From Octopus bimaculoides (taxonomy: Eukaryota), in NCBI RefSeq assembly GCF_001194135.2, contig NC_068998.1, forward strand, positions 31,221,049 to 31,285,048: a DNA stretch of 64,000 bases, written 5' to 3'. The translations under genes and the position numbers were made by a program. The stretch's first letter is position 1; every line of letters starts with the position of its first letter. Below the pieces are notes generated by a model. It saw only the letters and a program-made list of their open reading frames with translations, did not search any database and was not told the origin of the DNA. Of this stretch, positions 1 through 12,372 are shown piece after piece.

Positions 1-323
1 TTTCCACCGATGTCCAACCACATTTGAATTGGTGATGCCAGTGCTTGACTACATTGTATGATGGTGCATTATCATCATTAACTTCTTTCATCTCATCTTT
101 TTGGTGTACAACCTTTCAAGTATAAGAACCTGATCACTGATCTGCATTCAACTGCCTCCATTATAACACCGTTGTCCACTTCAGCAGCCTTAAAAGACAA
201 ATGAATGCTAGTGGAAAGCTGCAATTTACAATGTGACATGTATGATTATACCTGTACTAGTTCTGTTTGCTGCAACAACTGGAAGCGGGTCAGGGGAAAT
301 CTTTAATGATCACCCCTCGTGCG

Positions 324-370
<47 letters not shown>

Positions 371-1312
371 AAGGATAAGCAAGTTAGGCAAGTTGTTATA
401 CAAAAAAATGTATGTATGCTTACATATAAAAAGGCCTGACTTACACAGAATAGAAATATCAGGAATTAAAGGGATTGAATAAGAGTTTTACAAGTCCAAC
501 AGCTGCCTCTATCTTCAGGGAAGAATTTTACATTTGAGGTGTTGACAGAAAGGTGATTAAAGGTGAAGTGATTTTGTGGAGAACTAAGTGTATTAGAAGG
601 AGGAATTAAGAGGTATTTAGATAGAGAGTAGTGGGAGGTGAAAATAAATTTCAGGATTAGGGTTTATTAATAAAGCTAACAATAGTAGTAGCAGTGGAAG
701 GTGGGAGGAAAAGGGAATTGTGGTTTAGGTAGTATGTGAATGGTAACCTTTGTGTTAGTTTGTATGAAGGCCATAGAGTTAAAGGTTGAAGTAGTGAAAA
801 TGGGAATGGCCATTCTTTGAGGTAAATAAATGGTTCAGTGGCTGAGGGAGAGTTATTTTCTCCTCCTACTACTCTCTATCTAAATACCTCCCAACTCCTC
901 CTGCTAATACACTTAATTCTTCACAAAATCATTCCATCTTTAATCTCCTTTCTCTCATGACCTCAAATGTAAAATTCTTCTCTGAAGACGGAGGCTGGTA
1001 TCATCTAATGATGGAATCATTTTACAGTCATTATTTTGGACCACCAAACCCCCAGAAACAGCTGTTGGACTCATAAAACTCTTATTCAATCCCTTTAATT
1101 TCTGTTATCATTTCTATTCTGTATAAGTCGAACCTGTTTACATGTAAACATATGTACATTTTTTGTATTAAATGTATTTAATATCTTTTGTATATCGACT
1201 TGCCTAACTTGCTTCTTACATTTACTCCTCTACCTGCTCAAGTTTAAATCTCTTGAGCACTACGAAGTGTATTCTATACAGAGAATATCTGTCTCATCCA
1301 TAAACTATATAC

Positions 1313-1343
<31 letters not shown>

Positions 1344-1534
1344 CGTGCACATATATATATATTAAATGATGGCACATACATTCACTTTCTATACATATCA
1401 ACACAAACTTTATAAGTGTCTATTTATACCTTCAATATTATCAACCTGCAATTAAAAAAATGCTGCTTTTTGGTTACTAAAATACAGCTTCTAGCTAAGC
1501 ATGATATTTACAATTTATTATTTTTATTAGTGTA

Positions 1535-3525
1535 CTAGCAGTATAACCCGACCTTGTCCGGGTGTGACTTATTACACCATCTACGATAAGTCTTGGTAGG
1601 TGAAAATCAACTAAAAAAGAAACCTTACAACGAAAAAACCCTTATGATGTAAATATGTTCATAATTCAAAAGACAATGAAATTAATAGGGAAAGTCTGAA
1701 GGCTGTTTTGCGTAACATTATTAAGCATACGTAAATTTCATCCGTCTAATTGGCTATAGAAATGATTGTGCAAAACAACTTTTTGCGCTGCCCTGATTAT
1801 ACATAGCAGGGTAATCCCTTTTAGCAGGAGCTAGGACAGCAATTTCTGATGAAGCAATTGCTGGCGATCTGTTGCTACACAGTTTTGCCAGAATTCTATC
1901 AGATTGGGCAGAAGATGTTGATGCACCATTTTGCATTATGTTCAAAGTAGCTTCTGGAATGTGGTGAATTGCTACAGTCTGTTGCTGTCATTTTAAACCG
2001 GTTGCTTTCTCTCCCCAGCAAACTCTCTTCTTTGGAGGCATAATCTATGTATATATTAAACAGAACAACAAAAATTATAATAGATGGCAGGGTCGGTACT
2101 TTTCACATATCTATAATTTTTCAGATTAACACCCTCATGATTACCCAACCCTAATCCTAAACCTAATTCTAACACTAACCCTAACACTAACCCTAACACT
2201 AACCCTAACACCCTAACCCTGACCCTAAAACCGTAACCGTAACACTAATCCTAACCCTAAACCCTAGCCCTAAACCCTAAACCCTAAACCCCTAACCCTA
2301 ACACCGTAGTGAAAATCGTAGTATATTTACCAAACATTGACGAACATGAGTTATATTTTACTGAATGATTGTGTACTTGCACGTGTATGCGTTTGAGAGA
2401 ATGAGAGAGGAAGAGGTAGAGAGAGTGGGAGAAAGGAATAGAGGTAGTTAAAAGTTTTCTTATGACAGCTTCTCTTCACTGCCTATTACTTCATTAGAAA
2501 TATATGGATGCACATACGCACATAATAGAGAAAAATGAAACAAATATGGACGACTTGCTCCGAAACACCACCGAATGGGGAACACTTCTCAAAAATAACC
2601 TGCAGTTGTTTCCTNNNNNNNNNNNNNNNNNNNNNNNNNNNNNNNNNNNNNNNNNNNNNNNNNNNNNNNNNNNNNNNNNNNNNNNNNNNNNNNNNNNNNN
2701 NNNNNNNNNNNNNNNNNNNNNNNNNNNNNNNNNNNNNNNNNNNNNNNNNNNNNNNNNNNNNNNNNNNNNNNNNNNNNNNNNNNNNNNNNNNNNNNNNNNN
2801 NNNNNNNNNNNNNNNNNNNNNNNNNNNNNNNNNNNNNNNNNNNNNNNNNNNNNNNNNNNNNNNNNNNNNNNNNNNNNNNNNNNNNNNNNNNNNNNNNNNN
2901 NNNNNNNNNNNNNNNNNNNNNNNNNNNNNNNNNNNNNNNNNNNNNNNNNNNNNNNNNNNNNNNNNNNNNNNNNNNNNNNNNNNNNNNNNNNNNNNNNNNN
3001 NNNNNNNNNNNNNNNNNGTAGTGAAAATCGTAGTATATTTACCAAACATTGACGAACATGAGTTATATTTTACTGAATGATTGTGTACTTGCACGTGTAT
3101 GCGTTTGAAAGAGCGAGAGAGGAAGAGGGGGAGAACGGGAGCAATGTGTATGTTGTTGCCACAGATCACGTATGTGTGGTTGTGTGTGTTTTTATATATC
3201 AATGTTACGAAAAATAGGTAAAGAATACTGAGAGGAAAGTTTAATCTATGACGTATGTATCACCTTCTCTCTCTGTTGAGCGTGTGTGTAAGAACGCTGT
3301 TCCAGGTAGAAGGGAAGAAATATAAAAGTTGCTAGAAACAGCAGCCAAATCTCCCTTAAATCACACAAAGTAAACGGAATTTTAAAAATCTAATTACTGC
3401 ACTGGAAAGTTCACATTAAGAAAATTCCATTGGTGTAAAAATTTTTATGAAAAAGTGGAAAATGTGGATTTCTATAGATGGAACACACACACACACACTC
3501 ACAAACTCAGCTTTATAGATATAGA
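1535..3525 (-). mobile_element. Non-autonomous Helitron
   Basis: On the minus strand it starts 5'-TCTATATCTATAAAG followed by a (TG)n tract (3525 down) and ends ...CTAG at 1535, inserted between A and T. A subterminal hairpin ACCCG-accttgtc-CGGGT lies ~8 nt from the CTAG. Segment 1754-1945 (ILAKLCSNRSPAIASSEIA) weakly resembles the Helitron helicase LLAKIRS..IA.AVASSGIA motif. Contains an N gap. Confidence 0.8.
2147..2300. repeat. Degenerate telomere-like (CCCTAA)n tract inside the Helitron
   Basis: Runs of accctaa/acactaa/aaccctaa variants visible directly. Confidence 0.85.
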
Positions 3526-3687
3526 TTATAATTTGTTATACACTTTTTTCACTATACTGTCCCAGTAATATTTATCATTTTAGTTGTAACTAATAACCAG
3601 TCCCTTTAAAGCCTAAACCCCTCCCACTTATCCCACTCTTGCTGTCTTTCCTATATTTCTAATAATTATTCTCCTTTTTATTTTTAA

Positions 3688-6520
3688 CCCTTTCATTACC
3701 AACCCACCCAAAGCTGCCCAAGAATTATTTTGGCTGTTACCAACTCACCAAAAAAAAAGAAAAAAAAAAAAAAAAAAAAAAAAATCCGAAAAAACCAAAT
3801 CATATTTAAATGAGGATTTCAGCATAAATGCATATCTCATTGATACAATCATGAAAACAATTGAGTTACAGTATTCAACATTATTTGATGTGATATTTGA
3901 GCTCTGTGAATTTTTAGAGAACTTTTCCCTCATTTAATCTGCATTGATTTTCTGAAAATTTTTTATACTGACAAAAAATGGATACCGATTTCATGTTGTC
4001 AAGCAGTGAATCATGAATTTGAAAGATTTTTCAATGGTAGACATAAAGAAATCAAGCAAAATATACTGTAAAAACTATGTGGTGTGTGATTATGAATCAG
4101 ATATTTCAGTTTCTGAAAGTAAAACCAGTGAATTCCAATGATAATTCTGATAGCGACAAAGAAAATGAATTTGTACCTAAATTGAGTAACAGTTTGGAAA
4201 CTGTTTTTCTTAATGATTTTTCAGAAGAGACTGGCTTTCCCAGGAAACAAAACTATTAACCTATTTAAAAAAATTTTTTCTCTTCTTAGTGTGTTCAAAA
4301 CAATTAGTTTGAAAACAAATCATTATACTGAATATAAATGAAGATGTAAAAAAGATGGTTTGCGGTCTCCCACTTACTTAGACAAAATCTAAGCATTTTT
4401 TTGCGATTAATACTCTTATAGTTATAAGAAAGCTACCCAGAATTATGCACTACTGGAGCAACAATGAACCTTTTGGAGAGAAGTGTTTCCAATATTATGA
4501 CAAGGACCTGATTTTTAAAATTATTGCAATATCTACATATATTAGGTTGTCCAGAAAGTTGTGAGTGTTTTTCAATATGTAAAAAAGGAGGATATAAATA
4601 ATTGACCTTTCAATAAATTTTATTCAATGAAATAATTTCCATTATTATTAGTGACCTTTGTCTATCTATCAGACAGTTTAAATATTCTATCAGCATAAGA
4701 TTTTACTTGTTTTGAAGTTATCTAGATGCATTTTGACTCCATCTAAATCACTAAATGTTTTTCTGTGCAATGAATTCTGTAGAGACAAAAACAAGTGGTA
4801 GTCAGATGGCGCAATATCAGGAGAATATGGTGGGTGGGGTAAGAGATCCCAACCAAGTTCTTATGAATTCGTTCGGGTAGCCAAAGGCACATGTGGTCAG
4901 GCATTGTCTTGTTGGAACATTACCCCTTTCCTGTTAGCAATCTTCAGCCTCAATTCTTTGATTTTTTTGGTTCAAATTAGCCAGCTGACAACAATACACA
5001 TCAGAATTAATGGTCTGATTTTGTGTAACAAGCTCATAATAAATAATGCCTTTATAATCCCACCAAACACAAAGCGTAGATTTTTGGGGGTGGACATTTG
5101 TCTTTGGTTGCTGTTTTAGGAAACCCTTGTGCAAACTTCAGGATCTTTTTCACACTGTGTTTTTGTACACAATCCATTTTTCATCTCCAGTCACAAGATG
5201 TTTCAAAAGCATATCACAAACAGAATACTGGTCCAACCAATTCTTTTCTGAGAGTTTGTGAGAGACCCATACATTATAGTGAGAAATGTATCCTAGCTTC
5301 ACTAGGTGTTCATGAGCCATACTTTTAGAAACTTCCAGCTTGTCTGCAAGTTCTCTAGTTGTGATATTTGAGTTTTTTTAATTTTTGCCTTCAAAACATC
5401 TTCATCCAATTTTGAAGGTCTTCCACTGCAACTGTCATCTTCCAAGCTAAACTCTCCAGCTTTAAATTTTGCAAACCACTTTCAAACAGTTGATTCACCT
5501 ACAGAATCACCACCATAAACTTCACAAATATTTTTGCAAGTCTTTGCAGCATTACAATGTGAATATGAAGTTTTTGGTTATCCATTTCAAATATTGATAT
5601 AGGGTAACCGGAATGAAAGATAAATGTATTTTTATTCAGGAACAAAGAAGAGATGCACTACCACTTCAAGCATTGCCAAAGTTTTAACTGTGTTACATTT
5701 CAGATATGTTTAATGAAGTGTTAAAAGATTTAGGTTAAAAATGCTCAAAACTTTCCAGACAACCTAATTAAAGACACTAGCAGTGCACCAGTGCATAGAG
5801 AACCTAGGGATCCAAACTTTGATACCTTATTTAAAATAAGACCCTTCATTGATTATATTCAAAATGCATATAAAACATTCTACAAACCAGAGAGATACCT
5901 GTCTGTGAATGAAAGTATGGTAGGTAAGAAATGTTATGTTTCCAAGAGTACATGTCTGGAAATCCCACAAAATGGGGGATCAAAGTTTGGAAGATTTGTG
6001 AAATGAAACTAGGTTCTACCATGAATTTAGTTTTTGTATGGCGGATGAAGGGAAGAGACAATAATGTAAGCCAACATGGCCTTGATCTGGAATTTATCAC
6101 TTCCACACAATAATCAGAGCCATATATTATTTTTTGACAGGTTTTTTAGTTCAATCAAACCTGTAGATTTAGAAACTGTGGCAACGTATACAGTGATTAC
6201 AAGTAGTATATTGCCATTGGGTATAAAAAAAGCAAAATTTAAAAAGAGAGATGAAATAATCCAGTGGCAAAAAGAAAATTTGCTAATGACTGCATACAGA
6301 GACAAGAGGCAAATCAATTTTCTATCTACCTGTGCACAACCACATGTGGATGAAAATGCCACCCCATCTGTGAACCTCGATTATAACAGGTATATTGGTG
6401 ATATAAATTGGCTGAATTAAATGATAAGCTATTATCCATTTGGTAGATCAGGAAATAAATGGTGATGGTACCTGGTTTGGTGTATAATAAATATGTGTAT
6501 TGTTAATGCATTTATACTAT
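3688..6520 (+). mobile_element. Decayed piggyBac-type DNA transposon (transposase pseudogene), split by a mariner
   Basis: TTAA|CCCTTT left end at 3684-3693. Broken PGBD-like transposase: LQYLH, DTLFKIRPFIDY, LSVNESMVG, PTKWGIKVW, FFDRFFSS, AYRDKRQINFLST, YNRYIG. Right end not found. Confidence 0.85.
4541..5768 (-). mobile_element. Mariner (DD34D-type) element nested in the piggyBac
   Basis: 20-bp TIRs ATTAGGTTGTCCAGAAAGTT / AACTTTCCAGACAACCTAAT. Transposase remnants KWFAKFKAG, TGDEKW, VWWDYKGIIYYEL, QQDNA, HPPYSPDIAPSDYHL. Removing it rejoins the piggyBac frame (LH-IKDTSSAP). Confidence 0.9.
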
Positions 6521-6524
6521 ATAC

Positions 6525-6990
6525 CAAATCACTGGCTGGTGAGGATTGCTGCTGGAAGGCCATATGTGTTGCTGCAGAATTCAGCTTCTTCTCATACCAA
6601 TGGAATGAATCAGAAGTGGTTGTTGAAGAATTTCCAAGACTTCATCAGCCCCAATTTCTGGCCTCCTAATTCCCCCAATTATAATCACAATGGATTATTG
6701 TATGTGAGGTGCAGTTGAGAAAAACACTAACCGCTCTGCCTGCAACACAAAGACTGAACTGATATCCAAGATGAAGGAGGTGTTTGAAGATCTTCCCAAG
6801 GACACAGTGAGGAGCTCCTACACCATGTTCTGGAGCCATCTTGAGTGCATAGTGGAAGCTGAGGGAGGTTACTTTGAGCAAACTGTTATCTCCCAGCCAT
6901 AATCTAATTGATATTTTTTTGATCTTTTGAAATACTTTTATTTTTGACTGGTATATTGTGTTTTCTTTCCTTTTATGCAACTGTCAAATT
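6525..6990 (+). mobile_element. Tc1/mariner-superfamily 3' fragment
   Basis: WLLKNFQDFISPNFWPPNSPNYN (decayed WPPNSPDLNP motif) followed by a VEAEGGYFE-type C-terminus. Confidence 0.75.
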
Positions 6991-7009
6991 TAGCCTGAAT
7001 AGCACACAA

Positions 7010-7270
7010 AACAGTTTCTTTTCTCTCTTTGCCTTTTCTACTGCTACTACAATGGCCTGTTCTCTTCAGAGCTGGCTGGTCCTGTGTCACATTCATTCAG
7101 GCACTCCTAACCACTTCACATTCTATCTCCCCACCAATTGCTGCAACCAGTTCTTTCTACTTAGAATATCAGCTCACTGATGTTCCCTCCATGCTCATGT
7201 CTTTTCTGCAACCATTGACATTCTTTTGTTCAGAAATAATGTTGACTGTTTCATTTTTGCTAGTCTTAGA
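7010..7270 (+). mobile_element. CR1/L2-like LINE 3' fragment
   Basis: Frame SLCLFYCYYNGLFSSELA resembles the CR1-group ORF2 C-terminal SLFYRYY.G.CS.ELA motif. Confidence 0.55.
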
Positions 7271-7354
7271 ATGCCTTTCAGGACCTCTGACTTAGCCTCT
7301 TCCTCCAAACCAGTATAATAAAGATTTTAAGTGTCACTAATTCTCTGTTTCCAG

Positions 7355-7441
7355 AATATGTTTGAATTAACTTTGTCACAAGCTCTTGGTACTTCTGGTA
7401 AAAAGGACACTGACACTATTGGATCATCAAAGTTGAATAAG
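7355..7441 (+). CDS. COPB1: Coatomer subunit beta, internal exon (NMFELTLSQALGTSGKKDTDTIGSSKLNK)
   Basis: ttccAG acceptor at 7353-7354 and GTatat donor at 7442. 87 bp, phase 0/0. Ends in SKLNK, which in beta-COP directly precedes [10 protein letters not shown], the start of the next exon. Confidence 0.85.
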
Positions 7442-9362
7442 GTATATTTACTTGTTATTTATTTATTTCATATACATGATATGAAATCTATTTACAACAC
7501 CCTAATGATAGGATGGTAACAGACATTCCTGGGCCTAATTTGTGTGTGCTGACAGCTAACAGTAGTGTTAGACTATGTCAACATATTTCTATGACAGTTA
7601 CCATGTTGTTGTGTTTGTAGTGTATGGCAGTATTAGTATTGATGTCAGCAGTTTTAGCAATTATAATGTTGGAAGTATGATATTTTATTATTTTTGTAAT
7701 GGTATGCACATAGAATATTGTTAAGTGTCATTGTTGTTTAGCCCAAGTCAGCTATGCCCATGACCACATTATCCACTGTGTTCTCCCATTTTAAAGATAA
7801 CAGGGTGGTGTCTGAAGAAATTCTGCTGCTATTTCTTGCAAGTTGAGCAACCATATAGAAGCTCCCTCATTTGCTGATAGTGAAGTGCAGTATGATGTAA
7901 AATATTGGTCTAATAATGTAACCCTAATAATATAGTATTGTGTAGGATAATATGGTGTAGTATATTAGTATGGTAATATTGTTTAATGTAGTGTGGCATG
8001 GAGAAGTTGTATAGGGTAGTATATTATATAGTAAAATAAAAATTACTAGTATAAAATATGTAATAAGGTAGTTAAAATACAAGTGCACTATATAGAGTAC
8101 TTAGGAAGTACAATTGCAGTGAATTTTGAATTAAGAATATAGTTGTAGAGAATTAGGTTGTTTCAGTTATGTAACACAGTATAATTCTGATTTAAAGTGT
8201 AGTAAAAGCTGTAGAATAGAATGTAATCATTATTACAGTTCCGATACATGGGATATTTATAACATAGTCCTGTTGTAGATGATAGCTTAAGTATATTTAG
8301 ACACTAAATAGCTCTAGCTATGATGTAGTTATATGATGTTGGTAAAAGGAGTAGTTATAGTGCAATGTAGTACATAAGATGCCTCTGGTATACAGTTATA
8401 TTATTTATTTAAGGTAGTTATCATTCTTTTCATTGTGTACTTATAGTTCTTGTAAATAGCATAATGAGAATTTTGATTTATTGAATAATTAGGTGGATAC
8501 AGGAGTGGACAATTATCCAAGTGTTCAGTGGGGTGTGTCCTGTTCTCTGCACTGCATTGTATTCATGAACTCTTAACTCTTAAATGGTCAAATTTAAATA
8601 TTGCAGGGTAGGGGCAACTCATTGATCAAGTTGAGTGATTTTTTTTAGCTTACAGTGCACAATCCGAATCCCTCCTGTTGGAATTTAGGTTAACACTTAA
8701 GGCATTGGTCAGGACACAATGGTGCATTCCTTTATGATGTATTCTATAAAACAGAAACTAGTACTGAGGTAATAAGCAAATATTAAGTGTGGTAGGCTTG
8801 TGCTGCTGACAAGCACATGAACATGCCAAAACAAAGAATAGATCAAACTACTCTCTATGGTATTGTTTGGTAAGAGAAAATGACTTTAATATAAAAATAC
8901 CAGAGGGAGGCTGTAGCAAATTACTTCTATTATTAAATTATGAATACAGTCATAATTTTTTTGTACTATTAATATTATTTTTTTATTATTTACATCTATA
9001 CCACATTTTGACTACTTTAATCTTTGACCATCGTAAGATATCTTATTCCTGAACATTATATGACATGCACATTGTGCTACACATAGACATATATGTAGCA
9101 TGTCATAGCATAATGGTCAAGAGTATTACTACCTTTTGTTTAGAAATAAAGGTACTTAGTTCAAATTTATTTTAGTATGTTTATATGGTAATCAACTAAT
9201 CAAATAGTATCAATATAAATATTTAAATTAATATAGAAATTAGATACTGGACTAAAAATGAGATAACAACAAAATACCAAACTTCAGTTAATGTTCTATT
9301 GTTATTATTTTGTATATAGCAGTGTGTGTGTTTATTTTATTTTCTATGAAGTCAGTGTGTAT

Positions 9363-9931
9363 GGATCTATTTTAAAACGGGGGCCACATTTTTCATTAAT
9401 GTTTTACGTAGTGTTTTTGGTACGGAAAGACTTTCAAACTTCGTATACTTATCTATTTTGCGTTATAGAACAGAAAAATATTTTTGTATTCGAATTTATT
9501 TCATGTAAAAAATTGTCTTATTTCGATAATTTCAACCAATCACTGACAAGTATTCAGTTGTTTATATTTACTCCTTTGGCTGATTAAGCGATGTAAAGCG
9601 TATTTAATCTCCATACCTTCGTTTTATTTGCTTTTTTCATTTTAAATTTGCTTTAACCCTAACCCTAACCCTAACGTTAGGGTTAGGGTCAATTGTTTCA
9701 GAATCGTTTGTTTATGTAGTCGGCACTTAATGTATATCGGCTGAATGGACGTCAGTGATTGGTTGAAATTACAGAAATACGACAACTTTAACATGGAAAG
9801 ACTTATGGATTTCTTTTTTTTTTTAAGAAGACTAAGAGAAAAAGATGTTTTATATGACACGTTCTACCAGTGTTCCAAGTTTCAAAGTGTTTCGTTAATG
9901 AAAAATGTGGCCCCCGTTTTAAAAAAGATCC
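9363..9931. mobile_element. MITE with 37-bp TIRs and 8-bp TSD (Merlin-like termini)
   Basis: TIR GGATCTATTTTAAAACGGGGGCCACATTTTTCATTAA, with 1 mismatch to the right copy. TSD GTGTGTAT at 9355-9362 and 9932-9939. 5'-GG termini with an 8-bp TSD fit Merlin. Confidence 0.9.
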
Positions 9932-9973
9932 GTGTGTATTTATAAGGATGCATATATTATGATGATATTTCAG

Positions 9974-10118
9974 GTGACACAGCTGACAGGATTTTCTGAC
10001 CCAGTTTATGCTGAAGCCTATGTTAATGTGAATCAGTATGACATAGTACTAGATGTGCTAGTTGTCAACCAGACTGCTGACACACTTCAGAATTTAACTT
10101 TAGAACTTGCCACACTTG
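9974..10118 (+). CDS. COPB1: Coatomer subunit beta exon ([49 protein letters not shown])
   Basis: Highly conserved beta-COP appendage sequence; cAG acceptor, GTAAGT donor at 10119; 145 bp, phase 0/1. Confidence 0.97.
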
Positions 10119-10158
10119 GTAAGTCTTCCTCTCTCAACTTTGATTCTATATATATTTC

Positions 10159-10430
10159 CAGTGGTGAACTGGGTGTAAAAATATTGGTTGCCAGGAGACT
10201 AAGGGGGCCCACCCGCATCTACAGTGCTATCATTTAATTTTTTTTTTTTATTAAAAGTATTCTTTTCAACTGTCTACAAACACAGCCAGGCTGAAATAAC
10301 TAATGCATTCTTCCAGGAGTGAATAAAAAAATTCTCAAACTTGAGGGGATGGGCCCCCATATATGGATTCTAATGGTGCAGGGGCCCACTTGTCATCGGA
10401 CAAGCTGGCAACCTGGCCAGTCTGCCACTG
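10159..10430. mobile_element. hAT-type MITE
   Basis: TIR CAGTGGTGAACTGG / CCAGTCTGCCACTG; 8-bp TSD TATATTTC at 10151-10158 and 10431-10438. Confidence 0.88.
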
Positions 10431-10632
10431 TATATTTCTATATATTTTCATTCTAATCATCTGTTTTTCTCTCTCTCTGTTCCACTTCTCTCATATTGCT
10501 CTTCTATCCCTATTTCTATATGTGACTCAAAAGTCTATCTATTTCTGTCTTATGTCCCTCTGTTTTTATCTTCTCTTCTTTCATTCCATAAACCAAGATG
10601 TTAACTACTTCCTCCTTCTTCCACTTTTGCAG

Positions 10633-10752
10633 GTGACTTGAAACTGGTTGAGAAGCCACAGCCAGTGACCATGGCCCCTCATGATTTTTGTAACATAAAG
10701 GGCAATGTGAAAGTTGCTTCTACAGAGAATGGTATCATTTTTGGTAACATTG
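10633..10752 (+). CDS. COPB1: Coatomer subunit beta exon ([39 protein letters not shown])
   Basis: tgcAG acceptor, GTATGT donor at 10753; 120 bp, phase 1/1; continues the frame of the previous exon. Confidence 0.96.
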
Positions 10753-11221
10753 GTATGTAAAAGTTATATTCCTCCTCCCTCTCCTCCCTTCAGTACCCCT
10801 ATTTCCATATAAGTATGGGTAGGATTTATGTACAGTATGATATATCACTACTTCTTAGATTTTGCTTAACAAATCTTCTTAGGCATCCCTTGCTCAGACT
10901 GCTATTTGAAATTATTCTTGTGGAATAGGGAAACAGTGATGGTCAAATCTCAGAAAATACTTCACAGATGCAAGGCAACTTTAGTGTCATTGTCATCATC
11001 ATCATCATTTTACATTTGCTTTTCATTCTGGCGTGGATTGCACAGTTCAGCATATATGATTGGTCAGAAAACCATGTCTTGCCACAGTGCCTCAGTTATG
11101 CCCTTCCCAACAACAATCGTTTTACGAAGTGCACTTTTTCTGTATCATTGGCACAATTAAAAAGTACTGCCAAACCCTGTTTTGTCTCTGCTTGATTTAT
11201 CAACCACTTTACAGACTGTAC

Positions 11222-12372
11222 TATGAGGATCAGGTGAAAAGTTCATATATGCTGGCCAAGTTACTTTCATGGAATGTGATCAAATGAGGTTTATTTTTTG
11301 ACATAGTTCCTTTTACAATCCACATACTCCTTCCACAGTGTTGCAGCACCTGGATTCCATTGGTGAAAAAGCTTTCATCCTGTTGATCAAAAAAGTCATC
11401 AACAGCAGATACGCTGTCATCATCACTTCTATACTGGTCCCCAGCCAAGTGTTTATTGTTCATGTTGGGAACAGATGATAGTCAAATGAGGCCAAATCAA
11501 GAAAATAGAGAGGGTGATCAACCAGTTCAAAGCCACAATCATACACAGCAGCCATTGAAACCAAGGACTTGTGTGCTGGACCATTGTCCTAATGAAAGAA
11601 GACCCTTTTGTCAGTTTTTCTGGGCATTTGGTTTTGATAGCCTTTCATACCTGCCTCAGCAAGTTGGCATAGTACTTTCTGTTGATAGTGTGACCCCTTT
11701 GAAGATAGTCAATGAACACAATACCTTTTGCATCTCAAAAATCTGAGGCAATCAGCTTCTCTGCAGATAAAACAAGCTTGGCATTCTTTGGAGCAGATGA
11801 GGAAGGGTGTTTCCACTGCATAGATTGTCTCTTTGTCTCTGGCCCAAAGTGATGAATCCAACACTCTTCCTAAGTTAGGAAACTTTCATGGAAACCAGCT
11901 AGATCTACCTCAAACAATGTCAGATTTTCCCATGATGTGATCAGCTTAGTGTGCTTTTGAAGAGGTGTTGGAAGACATGGTACTCACCAAGCAGAAACCT
12001 TTGTCATGCCAAGTTCATTGTGCAGAATATCCTCAACTCTCATGGAGTATGTTAACAGCATTGGCTATTTAATTTATAATCAGTCACCTGTCATCCATCA
12101 CCATGTGACCACAGTTAATGTTTTCCTTTATGGTGGCAGTTGCAGGATGTCCAGACCTTGGGTCATCTTCAAGACTCTCCCTTCAGCTACTTACTATTGT
12201 ACTGTTGATAAAACTGGAGCATTATCCCCTAATATAGCAACCATGTCAGCATGAATGTCCTTGGGGGCTAAACTCTTTTCCTGCAGACATTAGATAACAC
12301 TGATGCCAAATTTTGTCCATTTTTAAGAGAAGTCAATACCAGTTACTTTTGAAGTCCTTTGAATAGTCATAT
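11222..12372 (-). mobile_element. Decayed mariner element
   Basis: Minus-strand C-terminus KHLAGDQYRSDDDSVSAVDDFFDQQDESFFTNGIQ and other transposase fragments; left terminus TATGAGGATCAGGTGAAAAGT; right terminus degenerate. Confidence 0.8.

Noticed and set aside
2306-3108. Identical 91-bp segments at 2306-2396 and 3018-3108
   Set aside because: The second copy starts exactly at the edge of an N gap; likely an assembly overlap or an internal Helitron tandem, not interpretable.
9654-9689. Chromosome end-to-end fusion scar
   Set aside because: The tract is very short and sits inside a TSD-flanked MITE, so it is element sequence.
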